From: Thermotogaceae bacterium
GTDB lineage: Bacteria > Thermotogota > Thermotogae > Thermotogales > Thermotogaceae
NCBI GenBank assembly: GCA_015489065.1
Contig: WGAO01000120.1
Coordinates: 24,936-88,935 of the forward strand
DNA: 64,000 nucleotides
Reading direction: 5' to 3'
The notes under the pieces were generated by a model. It did no database searches, was not told the DNA's origin, and saw only the letters and a program-made list of their open reading frames with translations. Shown here in pieces: positions 47,588-57,572 of this stretch. The translations under genes and the position numbers were made by a program. Each line of letters begins with the position of its first letter. Positions within the stretch are counted from its first letter, which is position 1.

Positions 47588-47663
47588 GGGGGCGTAGCTC
47601 AGCTGGGAGAGCGCTACCTTCGCAAGGTAGAAGCCGTGGGTTCGAATCCCATCGCCTCCACCA
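47588..47663 (+). tRNA. tRNA-Ala (anticodon CGC), CCA encoded
   Basis: Hand-folded cloverleaf with acceptor stem GGGGGCG/CGCCUCC (including the G3:U70 alanine identity pair), D-arm GCUC/GAGC, anticodon loop UUCGCAA, T-arm GUGGG-UUCGAAU-CCCAU, and 3' ACCA. Confidence 0.92.
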
Positions 47664-48696
47664 AGGGGAGCCGAGAGCTCCCCATTATTTTTGTGATGAG
47701 ATTTACATCTTTATAAAGCGTCGCATGTGTGTACCCATAGAGGACTACCTTTTCTCCTGAAAGCTTTCCAAGCGCGAGTGCACTTTTTACAGGAACCATT
47801 CCATCCGTTGGAACAAATTCATCGTTTCCTTTTCCTATGAGTTCACCCAGAGCCGCCATGTACATGAGCTGTGAACTGAATTTTACCGCTCTTTTCTCAA
47901 ACGCCAATTTTATGGCCTTGAACGATGCTTCCACATCATCCGGTGATAGCATTCCAGCTATAAGGTGAAAACGAACGGAAGGGTAGCTTTTCAGCGGAGG
48001 CAGATTTTTATTCATCCAAGAGAGTTCTTTAGATCCCACGGACGAGACATATCCTATCGTGTAGCTCATAGCGAGTGTAAGTCTCATTGCATCTGCAGTG
48101 ATTTCATCCACCTTAAAAACTTTCTCAAAATCCTTTGGATCTATCCAGAAAACATTTGCAAAGGGACTTCCAAGATGAGGAGTCCCCAAAAAATATACAT
48201 CTTTCACATTTGCTCTAAAAGATTCGTTCGTTAGAGCGCACCTTGTTACGAGTCCACCTTTGCTATGCGCTATGATCTTTATGCTTTTCAAGTTTCTGGC
48301 AAACTCGGCAAGTTTTCTTCCAGAATCCCAGTAGCTTTCAAAATGTGAGGGGTATTTGAATACATAAAGCGAACATTTGCTTCTAGATTTCTCCCAAGCT
48401 TTGATCATTACATCTTTGAACTCTTCATAGTATACGTCTTTCTTCTGATATTCAAACGGATCCAGTCCCGGAATTGTTATTATGTTGCAACCATCTTTTC
48501 CTTTTTTCAAAAGGCTTAGGAAATCATCTTTCACATAAACCGTCTCTGTACTCACGGATACATCAAATCCAAAATCTACAGGTGTTCCATCACCTACGAA
48601 TCTGCCAACATCTAGCCATATAGAATGGTATATAGTTATATCGACCTTCAGTGAGAAAATGATAGCTGGTAACAAAATAACTATCAGTGTTCTCAT
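47614..48696 (-). CDS. Secreted alpha/beta-hydrolase, lipase/esterase-like (PGAP1/DUF676-like)
   Basis: Signal peptide MRTLIVILLPAIIFS, nucleophile elbow IIAHSKGGL (G/A-x-S-x-G), LGTPHLGSP, and Asp/His candidates TDGMVP and YTHATL. The last approximately 17 codons are antisense to tRNA-Ala. Confidence 0.7.
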   Translation of the reverse strand: MRTLIVILLPAIIFSLKVDITIYHSIWLDVGRFVGDGTPVDFGFDVSVSTETVYVKDDFLSLLKKGKDGCNIITIPGLDPFEYQKKDVYYEEFKDVMIKAWEKSRSKCSLYVFKYPSHFESYWDSGRKLAEFARNLKSIKIIAHSKGGLVTRCALTNESFRANVKDVYFLGTPHLGSPFANVFWIDPKDFEKVFKVDEITADAMRLTLAMSYTIGYVSSVGSKELSWMNKNLPPLKSYPSVRFHLIAGMLSPDDVEASFKAIKLAFEKRAVKFSSQLMYMAALGELIGKGNDEFVPTDGMVPVKSALALGKLSGEKVVLYGYTHATLYKDVNLITKIMGSSRLPLVEAMGFEPTASTLRR

Positions 48697-49952
48697 GAGA
48701 CATACTCCACCATTTTCCTTCCCAGTCTAAACTGGACCATAGTGAATATGAGTATTATCCCAAAAAGGAGATACGCCGCCGCACAGGCTATACCCATTCT
48801 TTGTTGATTGTAGAACAGGTCAAAAACATAGTAGACCATTGTTAGACCGGAATTGTTGTAAGGTCCTGGAAGCCCCTGATAGAGAACGAATATCTCAGTG
48901 AACACTTTGAAAGCCCCTATGAATGAAACTATTGTGAGAAAGAAAGTCGTCGGTGAAAGCAATGGCCAAGTGATGTAATAGAACTTTTGAAACGAATTCG
49001 CACCATCAACTTCTGCTGCTTCGTAATAAAATTTATCAATGTTCTGAAGCCCTGCCAAAAATATGACCGCATCATATCCCACTGTTTTCCAAATCGAAAC
49101 TATGGCAACAGTGGGAATAGTCCATCTTTCATCCTTGAGCCAAGCTATTCTCTCCACACCGAACCAGCTCAATATGTAGTTTAATAGCCCATAATCATCG
49201 TTGAATATCCACTGCCACACCAGAGATATCGCGACTACAGATGTGACAAATGGTATGAAATAAGATGTTCTGTAAATCGCGTTGAACTTTATATTGGAAT
49301 TCAAAAGGAGCGCTATCATCAGCGACAAAGCTATCGTAATCGGAACACTGAGTATGACATAATAAGTCGTGTTGTAAAGGGCTTTTAGAAAATCGTTTTT
49401 CTCCTTGGCATCGAAAAACCATTTGATTATGTCATACCTATGGGGGACAAATTGATTGATCACGATGAAAAGAGCTATTCCGATAAAGAGAACCGTCCAA
49501 AATCTCCTCAAAGCTTCCGCCGAATATTCCACCATGATCTTTATAAGAAACGGCCAAAGTACTATGTTTATCAACCCAAGAATTATCGAATTTGAAAACA
49601 CAGAGAACGATACAACAGATATAGCAGATACAAAGAGCGCTATGTACATATCTCTCTTTTTGCCGATCACTAAAAACATATAGACAACCCCTATAGCCGC
49701 TACGATTGCTAACAAACTTGCAAATAGAGAAGGCATAAACGGATACTTGGGCTTTGCCGTGAAATCGAATATCTCAAGATAGTTTGCAATGCCAGCAAAT
49801 GTAGGATGCCTCATATTCCTGAAATCCCATTTAAAAAAGCTCAGAACGAAAGAGAACCCTATAGGCCAGAAGACAAATATTCCCAAAACTATCATAGATG
49901 GCAATAGAAAGAGGTATCCTTCTAAAGTTTCACGAGCCTTTCTGGTGGCCAT
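48693..49952 (-). CDS. CUT1-type ABC transporter permease with extra transmembrane insertion; no cognate partners adjacent
   Basis: EAA loop YEAAEVDGANSFQKFYYITWPLL. The protein is about 419 aa, versus roughly 290 aa recalled as typical. The probable ATG at 49952 lies 7 nt after AGGAG; the track ORF starts at 49982. Confidence 0.8.
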   Translation of the reverse strand: MATRKARETLEGYLFLLPSMIVLGIFVFWPIGFSFVLSFFKWDFRNMRHPTFAGIANYLEIFDFTAKPKYPFMPSLFASLLAIVAAIGVVYMFLVIGKKRDMYIALFVSAISVVSFSVFSNSIILGLINIVLWPFLIKIMVEYSAEALRRFWTVLFIGIALFIVINQFVPHRYDIIKWFFDAKEKNDFLKALYNTTYYVILSVPITIALSLMIALLLNSNIKFNAIYRTSYFIPFVTSVVAISLVWQWIFNDDYGLLNYILSWFGVERIAWLKDERWTIPTVAIVSIWKTVGYDAVIFLAGLQNIDKFYYEAAEVDGANSFQKFYYITWPLLSPTTFFLTIVSFIGAFKVFTEIFVLYQGLPGPYNNSGLTMVYYVFDLFYNQQRMGIACAAAYLLFGIILIFTMVQFRLGRKMVEYVS

Positions 49953-49965
49953 AAGCTCACTCCTC

Positions 49966-51390
49966 TCAGCCTTTAACAACACCTACTGGAACGAGTCTAG
50001 CAACTTTCTTCGCTATCCCAAGGATATCTATTATATCAACAACCCTGCTAACATCCTTGTAAACCTGCGGTGCTTCCTCCACAAGTGTTTTTTTACCCCG
50101 ACTCATCACGGCTATTCCCTTCCTCTCAAGATCCTCCAATATCTTGGAAAGCTCCAATCTTCTTAAAGCCTCTCTTCTTCCCAAAACCCTCCCCGCTCCA
50201 TGTGCAGAAGATCCAAATGTCCACTCTTCCGCCCTTTTTGTCCCAACCATGATATAGGATTCGCTTCCCATATCCCCTGGTATTATCACAGGTTGCCCAT
50301 AAGATCTGTAAATCTCTGGGATATTTGGATTTCCCGGTCCAAAAGACCGAGTTGCCCCTTTTCTATGAACGACCAGCCACTTCTTCTTTCCGTTGACTTC
50401 ATATCTCTCCAGCTTTGCTATGTTGTGAGCAAGATCGTAAAGAAGTTCCACCTTGGTGGATTTTCCGAAGATCTTTCGCAACGCCTTTCTCACCAAATGT
50501 CCTATGATCTCGCGGTTTGCAAAGGCGTAATTCGCCGCGCATGCCATAGCCGAGAAATAATCCTGACCAAGTTCATGCTCAAAAGGAGCGTTTATGAGCT
50601 GCTTATCCGGAAGATCTGAGTTGTGTTTTTTTAGCTTATCCCTCATGATCTTTATATAATCCGTGGCTATCTGATGGCCAAATCCTCTGCTTCCTGTGTG
50701 GATGCTCACAACCAATTGTCCTTCGTAGAGTCCGAAAACCTCCGCAGTATCTTCGTCGTACACCTCAAAAACTCTCTGAACTTCTATAAAATGATTTCCT
50801 CCTCCGAGAGTCCCTAGCTCATCTCTTCCCCTCTCGTAGGCTTTCTGTGAGACAACATCAGGATCCGCAACCGGGAGTTTCCCACCATCTTCTATGAATT
50901 TGAGATCGTCTTCAGTTCCATATCCGGATTTCACCGCAAAAAGAGCCCCTTCTTGACATATCTTCTTCAAGCCCTTTTTTCCGACTTTTAAATCTCCTCT
51001 ACTTCCAACGCCAACAGGAACAGTTTTGTATATCTCCTCAACCAATTTTTTAATATCATCTTTCACTTTCTCTACTAAAAGATCGGTTTTCATCAATCTG
51101 ACACCACAATTTATGTCAAAACCAACAGCACCAGGCGATATTATTCCACTTTTTGAATCGAATGCAGCAACACCGCCTATGGGGAATCCGTATCCCCAGT
51201 GTATATCAGGCATACCGTAAACTTCCTTAACAACTCCTGGAAGCGAGGCGACATTGACTAGTTGCTTTATCGCTTCTCTGAACTGTGGATCATCAATCGT
51301 CTCCTTGTCAGTTAGAACTACAGCATCGACTCTCATCTTCCCCTCTTTTTCTATTCGCCAGACGTACTTTCCCTCTCTTCTTATCTTCAC
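49966..51390 (-). CDS. rtcB: RNA-splicing ligase RtcB (3'-phosphate/5'-OH RNA ligase)
   Basis: 474 aa with GGNHFIE, HTGSRGFGHQ and SAHGAGR motifs. Confidence 0.92.
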   Translation of the reverse strand: MKIRREGKYVWRIEKEGKMRVDAVVLTDKETIDDPQFREAIKQLVNVASLPGVVKEVYGMPDIHWGYGFPIGGVAAFDSKSGIISPGAVGFDINCGVRLMKTDLLVEKVKDDIKKLVEEIYKTVPVGVGSRGDLKVGKKGLKKICQEGALFAVKSGYGTEDDLKFIEDGGKLPVADPDVVSQKAYERGRDELGTLGGGNHFIEVQRVFEVYDEDTAEVFGLYEGQLVVSIHTGSRGFGHQIATDYIKIMRDKLKKHNSDLPDKQLINAPFEHELGQDYFSAMACAANYAFANREIIGHLVRKALRKIFGKSTKVELLYDLAHNIAKLERYEVNGKKKWLVVHRKGATRSFGPGNPNIPEIYRSYGQPVIIPGDMGSESYIMVGTKRAEEWTFGSSAHGAGRVLGRREALRRLELSKILEDLERKGIAVMSRGKKTLVEEAPQVYKDVSRVVDIIDILGIAKKVARLVPVGVVKG

Positions 51391-52460
51391 CCTTCTTCAC
51401 CTTCAACCAGGAGATTCTTCCTAGTCCTCAAAGAATTTATGCTCTCGACTATTGCTTTCGCTCTTTTCTCACCTATCCCTTCGACTTTCTTCAGATCTTC
51501 TTGAGACGCATGGCTTATTTCAAATATCCCATGGAACTTCTCAACAGCCTTTTTAATGACACTCATCGGTATCTTTGCGAGGTACTTAAGAAGCCTGTAC
51601 CCACGTGCTTCAACACTCACATCGTCAAGCTGTGAAAGATTCTGAATGCTGTATCCTAGTGATCTTGCTATCTTCACAAGGTCTATGCTTGGATCTTTAA
51701 CTAAATTCTCAACGATTTTAGAAGCCTCCGGATACTCTATCTCATCTTTTGAATAATCCATAGCCAGGAGCTTTACCAGATCATCGACATTTTCAGTCAG
51801 CTCTTCTATTTGCATCTTCGCAAGTCTTCCCTCATCCCCAAGTTCCACCAAATACGGTCTTAACTCTTCGGATATTTTCAGCACCATTATCCCTTTCTCT
51901 ATAACCCGGGAAACATCAGACAAACTCGTTCTGTTCTCAAGCTCTGTTATGTCGAGCTCTACAAGAAGCCTGTCAAAGTTCTTTCTGTATTTTTCCAAAG
52001 TATTTATCGCCTGATTGACCTTCGATATAACGAAGTTTATATCATTCACTACATACCTGTAGTTTTTGTAATAAATTGTTATAACATTTCTTCTCCTCGA
52101 AACCGCTATGGTCACCTTTTCGAATTGCTTTGCAAATCTCTCGGCAGTTCTGTGCCTTGTTCCAGTCTCTTGAGTAGATATGAAAGGATCCGGAACGAGC
52201 TGAACATTCGCAGCGTATATCTTGGAAGCATCTTCAGATATTGCTATCGCGCCATCCATCTTAGCAAGCTCATATAGGTACTCAGGCTCAAATGATATGT
52301 TAAGTCTAAAACCTCCTTGGACGGCATCGGAATACTTTTCAAGATCGTCCAGCATAACCACGAGTGCCCCCATTTTGGCTCTCAGTATATCGTCTAGGGC
52401 TTTCCTAAGCGGGGTCCCCGGAGCAATGAGCTTTATCTTTTCCAGAAGCTCTCTGGTCAC
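51387..52460 (-). CDS. disA: DNA integrity scanning protein DisA (diadenylate cyclase)
   Basis: DAC domain (DGAIAISED..., TGTRHRTAERF), a linker, and a C-terminal HhH (VEGIGEKRAKAIVESI). Confidence 0.92.
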   Translation of the reverse strand: MTRELLEKIKLIAPGTPLRKALDDILRAKMGALVVMLDDLEKYSDAVQGGFRLNISFEPEYLYELAKMDGAIAISEDASKIYAANVQLVPDPFISTQETGTRHRTAERFAKQFEKVTIAVSRRRNVITIYYKNYRYVVNDINFVISKVNQAINTLEKYRKNFDRLLVELDITELENRTSLSDVSRVIEKGIMVLKISEELRPYLVELGDEGRLAKMQIEELTENVDDLVKLLAMDYSKDEIEYPEASKIVENLVKDPSIDLVKIARSLGYSIQNLSQLDDVSVEARGYRLLKYLAKIPMSVIKKAVEKFHGIFEISHASQEDLKKVEGIGEKRAKAIVESINSLRTRKNLLVEGEEG

Positions 52461-53743
52461 TTTATCACCTCCGAGAGATTGGAGAGACTCCTGACTCTCA
52501 TCGTGGCTTCTTCGAAATTTCCGGCTAATTCATCAAAACCGCTCTTTTTCAAAGTTTCAAGTCTTCTTCTCAAAGAATAGGGCGGCCTTACCATACCATC
52601 GAGTCCTACCTCACCCATGAAAACTGTTCTTCCTATGTCCATCTCGATCAATGACGAGAAGACAGCGGCGGATATTGCCAAATCCACAGCCGGATCGGTT
52701 ATTCTCAATCCTCCAAGGACCTTCACATAAACATCGTGAAAATCGAGCGGGAGCTTGAGTATCTTGCTCATCGTTGCGATTATAGCTGAAACCCTGTTGT
52801 GATCTACACCAACTGAATTTCTCCTCGGTGAAGGAACTCTCGACTTTGAGACAAGAGCCTGGATCTGAACTATCAAAGGATGAGATCCTTCCACAACACA
52901 TGCCACAGCATTTCCAAACGGAAGATCCTCTCCAACAAAGACGGGATTCTCTATTCCGAGAAGCCCTTCCTCCCTCATCTCAAATATGCCTACCTCTCCA
53001 GAAGGCCCGAATCTGTTTTTGTAAACCCTGAGGAGTCGATAGTCAGTCGTTCGCTCCCCTTCGAAATAGAGAACGGTATCGACAATGTGCTCTATTATTT
53101 TAGGGCCAGCTATATCGCCACTCTTGGTTATATGACCTATTATCAGTGAAACAACGGAACTTTTCTTAGAAAATTCGACCACTTTAGAAGTCACCGATCT
53201 GATTTGAGCGATTCCACCAGGTATGGAACCTACATCACTATCGTAGAAAGTTTGTACAGAATCAATTACCAAAAAATCCATTCCGTTCACGCTTTTCAGA
53301 ACAGAATCTATATCCTGATCGTTTGTAACGAGTATATCTCCGCTTACATTTATTCTCGACGCCCTGATTTTTATCTGCTTTGCTGACTCCTCACCTGACG
53401 CATAGAGTACTCGTTTCCCATTTTCAACGAGATGGTTGGCTATCTGCAGTGCAAGAGTGCTTTTTCCTATTCCGGGCTCTCCGCCAAGCAATACAACTTG
53501 CCCTTTTACGAATCCTCCTCCCAGTATTGAGTCGATTACACTATCTCCCACCCTAAGTCTGTCGTCACTTTCAACACTTATCTGAGAAAGCTTCATTAAA
53601 GAAGAGGGGGATGACTTCCCCCTCTTTTCTGACTTTTTCACTTCAACCGCACTGTTCCAAGCTCCACATGATGGACATCTTCCAAACCACTTCGGAGACT
53701 CATATCCACATCTGTCACAGACATAAACTACTCTTTCTTTCAA
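52457..53743 (-). CDS. radA: DNA repair protein RadA/Sms
   Basis: Zn-finger [22 protein letters not shown], Walker [17 protein letters not shown] motif, and a Lon-like C-terminal domain. Confidence 0.93.
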   Translation of the reverse strand: MKERVVYVCDRCGYESPKWFGRCPSCGAWNSAVEVKKSEKRGKSSPSSLMKLSQISVESDDRLRVGDSVIDSILGGGFVKGQVVLLGGEPGIGKSTLALQIANHLVENGKRVLYASGEESAKQIKIRASRINVSGDILVTNDQDIDSVLKSVNGMDFLVIDSVQTFYDSDVGSIPGGIAQIRSVTSKVVEFSKKSSVVSLIIGHITKSGDIAGPKIIEHIVDTVLYFEGERTTDYRLLRVYKNRFGPSGEVGIFEMREEGLLGIENPVFVGEDLPFGNAVACVVEGSHPLIVQIQALVSKSRVPSPRRNSVGVDHNRVSAIIATMSKILKLPLDFHDVYVKVLGGLRITDPAVDLAISAAVFSSLIEMDIGRTVFMGEVGLDGMVRPPYSLRRRLETLKKSGFDELAGNFEEATMRVRSLSNLSEVIK

Positions 53744-56190
53744 CTTTTTGCCCCCACCTTCTTTCTATCTTTGGAAAACTTGAGTCCATCTCCACTTCTT
53801 CTGACAACTATGATATCTCCTTCTTTGAACCTTCCTTTGAGCAGATCCTCTGAGAGTGGATCTTCTATATACCTCTGTATCGTTCTTCTCATCGGACGAG
53901 CTCCATATACAGGGTCATATCCATGCTCTAATAAGAATTCTTTTGCTTCCTTAGTCAACTTGAGCTCCATGTTCTTCTCAGCGAGCCTCTTTCTGAGATC
54001 TTGAAGGAGTATATCTATTATCTTCAGAACATGTTTTCTTCCAAGCGGATGGAAGACCACGATTTCATCCAACCTGTTCAAAAATTCAGGCCTGAAAGTC
54101 TTCTTGACTTCGCCCATAACAAGATTCTTTATCTCTTCATACTGGGCTTTTTCGTCTTCGTGTGCTGCAAATCCCAAGGACCTCTTGCTCCTGTTTATGA
54201 ATTCTCCTCCAAGGTTGCTAGTCATTATAACTATAGTGTTTCTGAAGTCGACTTCTCTTCCTTGACTGTCCGTCAATCTTCCTTCGTCCATTATTTGTAG
54301 GAGCAAATTGAATATATCAGGATGTGCTTTCTCTATCTCGTCAAAGAGTATTACCGAGAACGGTCTCCTCCTTATCTTTTCCGTCAAGGAACCTCCTTCT
54401 TCGTATCCAACATAACCTGGAGGAGCTCCTATGAGTCTTGACATCGCGAACTTCTCCATATACTCACTCATATCAAACCTTATCAGAGCGTTTTCATCAC
54501 CAAACAAATGCTCTGCCAAGGCTTTTGCAAGCTCTGTTTTTCCAACACCAGTCGGTCCGAGGAACAAAAATGTTCCTATCGGTCTTCTTGGATCTTTCAA
54601 GCCAGATCTTGCCCTTCTTATAGCTTTTGAAACAGCTTTTATAGCGTCATCCTGACCGACTATTCTTCTGTGAAGAGCTTCCTCAAGATTGAGAAGCTTC
54701 TCTGATTCGGTCTCCTCTAACTTTCTCAAAGGTATTCCAGTCCAGCTTGAAACTATCTCAGCTATGTCTTCTTCCGTCACAGTAACAACAACATCGTCGA
54801 CTTCTTTCTTCCACTCGTTGTATCTCTTTCTATATTCTCTTTCCAGAGTTCTCTCATCTTCTTTAAGCTTAGCAGCTCTTTCATAATCCTGCATCCTGAC
54901 GGCTTCCTCTTTTTCTTTTCTCACATCATCAAGTTGAATCTTCAGAAGCTTTATCTCAGATGGAACGGTGAATATTTTGAGCCTTGCCTTAGCTCCTGCT
55001 TCATCTATGAGATCTATCGCTTTGTCCGGCAAGAAGTGATCGATTATGTATCTTTTCGAGAGATTGACTGCAGCTTTTAAAGCCTCATCTAAGTAGCGAA
55101 CCTTGTGATGCCTCTCATACCTGTTTCTCAAACCGTAGAGAATTTCTATCGCTTCATCCTCAGACGGCTCTCTGACATAGATCTTCTGAAATCTCCTCTC
55201 AAGAGCCGCATCCTTTTCTATGTACTTTCTGTACTCATCCGGTGTAGTTGCGCCTATACACCTTATCTCGCCCCTTGCAAGAGAAGGCTTGAGTATGTTT
55301 GCCGCATCAACAGCTCCCTCAGCAGATCCAGCTCCCACTATTGTGTGGAGCTCGTCTATGAAGAGTATTATGCTTTTGTCCTTGGTAACAACCTGAAGGA
55401 GCTTCTTCATCCTCTTTTCAAATTCTCCTCTGTATTTCGTTCCGGCAACAAGCGAAGCGACATCAAGAGAGAATATCACTTTGTTTCTCAAGGGTTCTGG
55501 AACTTCTCCTGATACTATCCTCTGAGCGAGCCCTTCAACAATTGCGGTCTTTCCAACTCCAGGTTCTCCTATAAGAACCGGGTTGTTCTTCTTTCGCCTG
55601 ACGAGTATTTGCATTATTCTGTTTATCTCTTCATCTCTTCCTATTACAGGATCGAGAAGTCCCCTTGCAGCGAGCTCTGTCAGATCGACTCCGAATCCTT
55701 CAAGCTGCTTTACAGAATTCGACTGGAAGGGAGCTTTTTTATCAGGCATCACACTTGAATCTGACACGGCATCCAAGATCTCTTTCCTGAGTACCTGGAG
55801 ATCTATTCCAAATTTTCTAAGAACATGGATAGCTATTCCTTCACCTTCTCTTATTATTCCAAGGAGAAGATGCTCCGGTTTTATACGCTCACTACCAAGA
55901 AGCTTTGCCTCTTCATAGGCAAGCTCCGTTACTCTCTTGGCTCTTGGAGTCATCTGGGGCGATGTTATAAAACCCCTCATACCCATTCCAACCATCGATA
56001 TGATCTCACTCTTGGCCCTGCTGTATGTCATACCCATAGTGGCGAGAACATCACTCGCCGGGTTATTCCCAACCTTCAAGAGTCCAAGGAGTATGTGCTC
56101 GGTCCCAACATAAGAATGACCGAGCTCTTTCGCTTCTTCCTGAGCGGTTACAAAAACCTGCGCTGCTTTTTCTGAAAACTTGTCAAACAT
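53740..56190 (-). CDS. clpC: ATP-dependent Clp protease ATP-binding subunit ClpC
   Basis: Clp_N repeats, a UVR-like linker ([14 protein letters not shown]), two AAA modules, and a ClpP-docking loop candidate SLGFAAH. ATG 56190 (MFDKF...) lies 6 nt after GGAGGTG; the alternative is GTG 56199. Confidence 0.9.
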   Translation of the reverse strand: MFDKFSEKAAQVFVTAQEEAKELGHSYVGTEHILLGLLKVGNNPASDVLATMGMTYSRAKSEIISMVGMGMRGFITSPQMTPRAKRVTELAYEEAKLLGSERIKPEHLLLGIIREGEGIAIHVLRKFGIDLQVLRKEILDAVSDSSVMPDKKAPFQSNSVKQLEGFGVDLTELAARGLLDPVIGRDEEINRIMQILVRRKKNNPVLIGEPGVGKTAIVEGLAQRIVSGEVPEPLRNKVIFSLDVASLVAGTKYRGEFEKRMKKLLQVVTKDKSIILFIDELHTIVGAGSAEGAVDAANILKPSLARGEIRCIGATTPDEYRKYIEKDAALERRFQKIYVREPSEDEAIEILYGLRNRYERHHKVRYLDEALKAAVNLSKRYIIDHFLPDKAIDLIDEAGAKARLKIFTVPSEIKLLKIQLDDVRKEKEEAVRMQDYERAAKLKEDERTLEREYRKRYNEWKKEVDDVVVTVTEEDIAEIVSSWTGIPLRKLEETESEKLLNLEEALHRRIVGQDDAIKAVSKAIRRARSGLKDPRRPIGTFLFLGPTGVGKTELAKALAEHLFGDENALIRFDMSEYMEKFAMSRLIGAPPGYVGYEEGGSLTEKIRRRPFSVILFDEIEKAHPDIFNLLLQIMDEGRLTDSQGREVDFRNTIVIMTSNLGGEFINRSKRSLGFAAHEDEKAQYEEIKNLVMGEVKKTFRPEFLNRLDEIVVFHPLGRKHVLKIIDILLQDLRKRLAEKNMELKLTKEAKEFLLEHGYDPVYGARPMRRTIQRYIEDPLSEDLLKGRFKEGDIIVVRRSGDGLKFSKDRKKVGAKS

Positions 56191-56319
56191 ATATACCACC
56201 TCCGGGTATTACCTTAAAAATTCTACCAGAAATCGTGGAGTTTTTCCCGATGTGATTTAGACTCTCATTACACAGAAAAGGTTAAAAGACTTTTGTCTTC
56301 TTCTCAACCGAATGCTAAT

Positions 56320-56341
56320 ATTCGTCTTGGAGACGAATTTT
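56320..56341 (+). promoter_or_regulatory. 19-bp palindrome/hairpin ATTCGTCT-TGG-AGACGAAT followed by TTT, immediately upstream of the rocD RBS
   Basis: Perfect 8-bp arms at 56320-56327 and 56331-56338, then TTT. The RBS GGGAGGGG starts at 56346. Confidence 0.4.
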
Positions 56342-56359
56342 AAAAGGGAGGGGATCGTT

Positions 56360-57559
56360 TTGGATTTTTTAAGTAGAGCACACATAGAGATGACCGAGAA
56401 ATATGGAGCTCACAACTACAAACCCATACCTGTAGTAATTGAAAGAGGAGAAGGAGTCTGGGTTTGGGATGTTGAAGGTAGAAAATACATAGACATGCTT
56501 TCTTCGTACTCCGCTCTCAATCAAGGGCACAGACATCCAAGAATAATGAGAGCACTTTTTGAACAGTCTCAAAGACTCACTCTTACATCGAGAGCTTTCT
56601 ATAACGATGTGCTCGGAAGATTTTTCAAGAAGATGAACGAGATCACTGGATATGATAAAACGCTCCCGATGAATTCTGGTGTTGAAGCTGTTGAGACAGC
56701 TTTAAAGATAGCGAGAAAATGGGGGTATTACAAAAAAGGTGTTCCTAAGAACGATGGCGAGATAATAGTCATGGAGAACAATTTCCACGGGAGAACGATA
56801 ACCGTGATAACTTTCTCGACAACCGAGCAGTACAGAGATGGATTTGGACCCTATACCCCCGGATTCAAAGTTGTAAAGTATGGGGATATCTCAGAAATCG
56901 AAAAAGCGATAAACGAAAAGACAATAGCAGTACTGATGGAACCTCTTCAAGGCGAGGGTGGAATAATCGTTCCTCCAGACGGATATCTAAAGGAAGTCAG
57001 AGAGCTGACAAGAGAAAAGGGAATTCTCCTAATGCTTGACGAAATACAGACTGGCCTTGGAAGAACTGGAAAACTCTTTGCTTACGAATGGGAAGACGCA
57101 AGACCAGATATTTTGATACTTGGAAAAGCCCTTGGTGGGGGAGTTTATCCAGTATCCGCAGTTTTAACGAGCGATAGCATAATGGAGGTAATAACCCCAG
57201 GAGATCATGGATCGACTTTCGGAGGCAACCCTCTTGGAGCTGCGATTGCAATGGCTTCCTTGGATGTGATAATAGATGAGAACCTTCCTGAGAACGCAAG
57301 AGTTATGGGTGAGTACTTCATGAACGAGCTTAGAAAAATCAATTCTCCGATAGTTGAAGAAGTTCGTGGAAAGGGACTCATGATAGGTGTACAAGTTAAA
57401 GTTCACGCACGGGAGATTTGTGAAAAGCTCAAAGATTATGGGGTTCTTTCATATTATGCTCACGATTATGTCATGAGATTCGCACCGCCTCTTGTAATAA
57501 AGAGAGAGGAGATAGACTGGGCAATGGAGAGAATAGAAAAAGTGCTCAAATCTTACTGA
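56360..57559 (+). CDS. rocD: Ornithine aminotransferase (class III PLP; RocD-like)
   Basis: YGAHNYKPIPVVIERGEGVWVWDVEGRKYIDMLSSYSALNQGHRHPRI matches the RocD N-terminus. DEIQTGLGRTGK is present. The probable TTG start at 56360 lies 6 nt after GGGAGGGG; the track ORF starts at ATG 56312. Confidence 0.85.
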   Translation: MDFLSRAHIEMTEKYGAHNYKPIPVVIERGEGVWVWDVEGRKYIDMLSSYSALNQGHRHPRIMRALFEQSQRLTLTSRAFYNDVLGRFFKKMNEITGYDKTLPMNSGVEAVETALKIARKWGYYKKGVPKNDGEIIVMENNFHGRTITVITFSTTEQYRDGFGPYTPGFKVVKYGDISEIEKAINEKTIAVLMEPLQGEGGIIVPPDGYLKEVRELTREKGILLMLDEIQTGLGRTGKLFAYEWEDARPDILILGKALGGGVYPVSAVLTSDSIMEVITPGDHGSTFGGNPLGAAIAMASLDVIIDENLPENARVMGEYFMNELRKINSPIVEEVRGKGLMIGVQVKVHAREICEKLKDYGVLSYYAHDYVMRFAPPLVIKREEIDWAMERIEKVLKSY

Positions 57560-57572
57560 GCTAGGTGAGATT

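Noticed and set aside
47422-49982. tRNA-Ala as an integration site for a genomic island (lipase plus orphan permease).
   Set aside because: There is no integrase, no direct repeat of the tRNA 3' end, and no phage or transposon genes. The adjacent genes are translationally coupled to core genes (rtcB-disA-radA-clpC).
56200-56311. CtsR operator (GGTCAAA-NAN-GGTCAAA) upstream of clpC.
   Set aside because: Only one degenerate heptad (GGTTAAA AGA ...) is found, with no second repeat. No ctsR, mcsA or mcsB genes precede clpC.
56320-56338. ARG box (ArgR operator) upstream of rocD.
   Set aside because: The palindrome arms read ATTCG...CGAAT, the reverse arrangement of the TGAAT-N4-ATTCA ARG-box core, so it is reported only as an unassigned palindrome.
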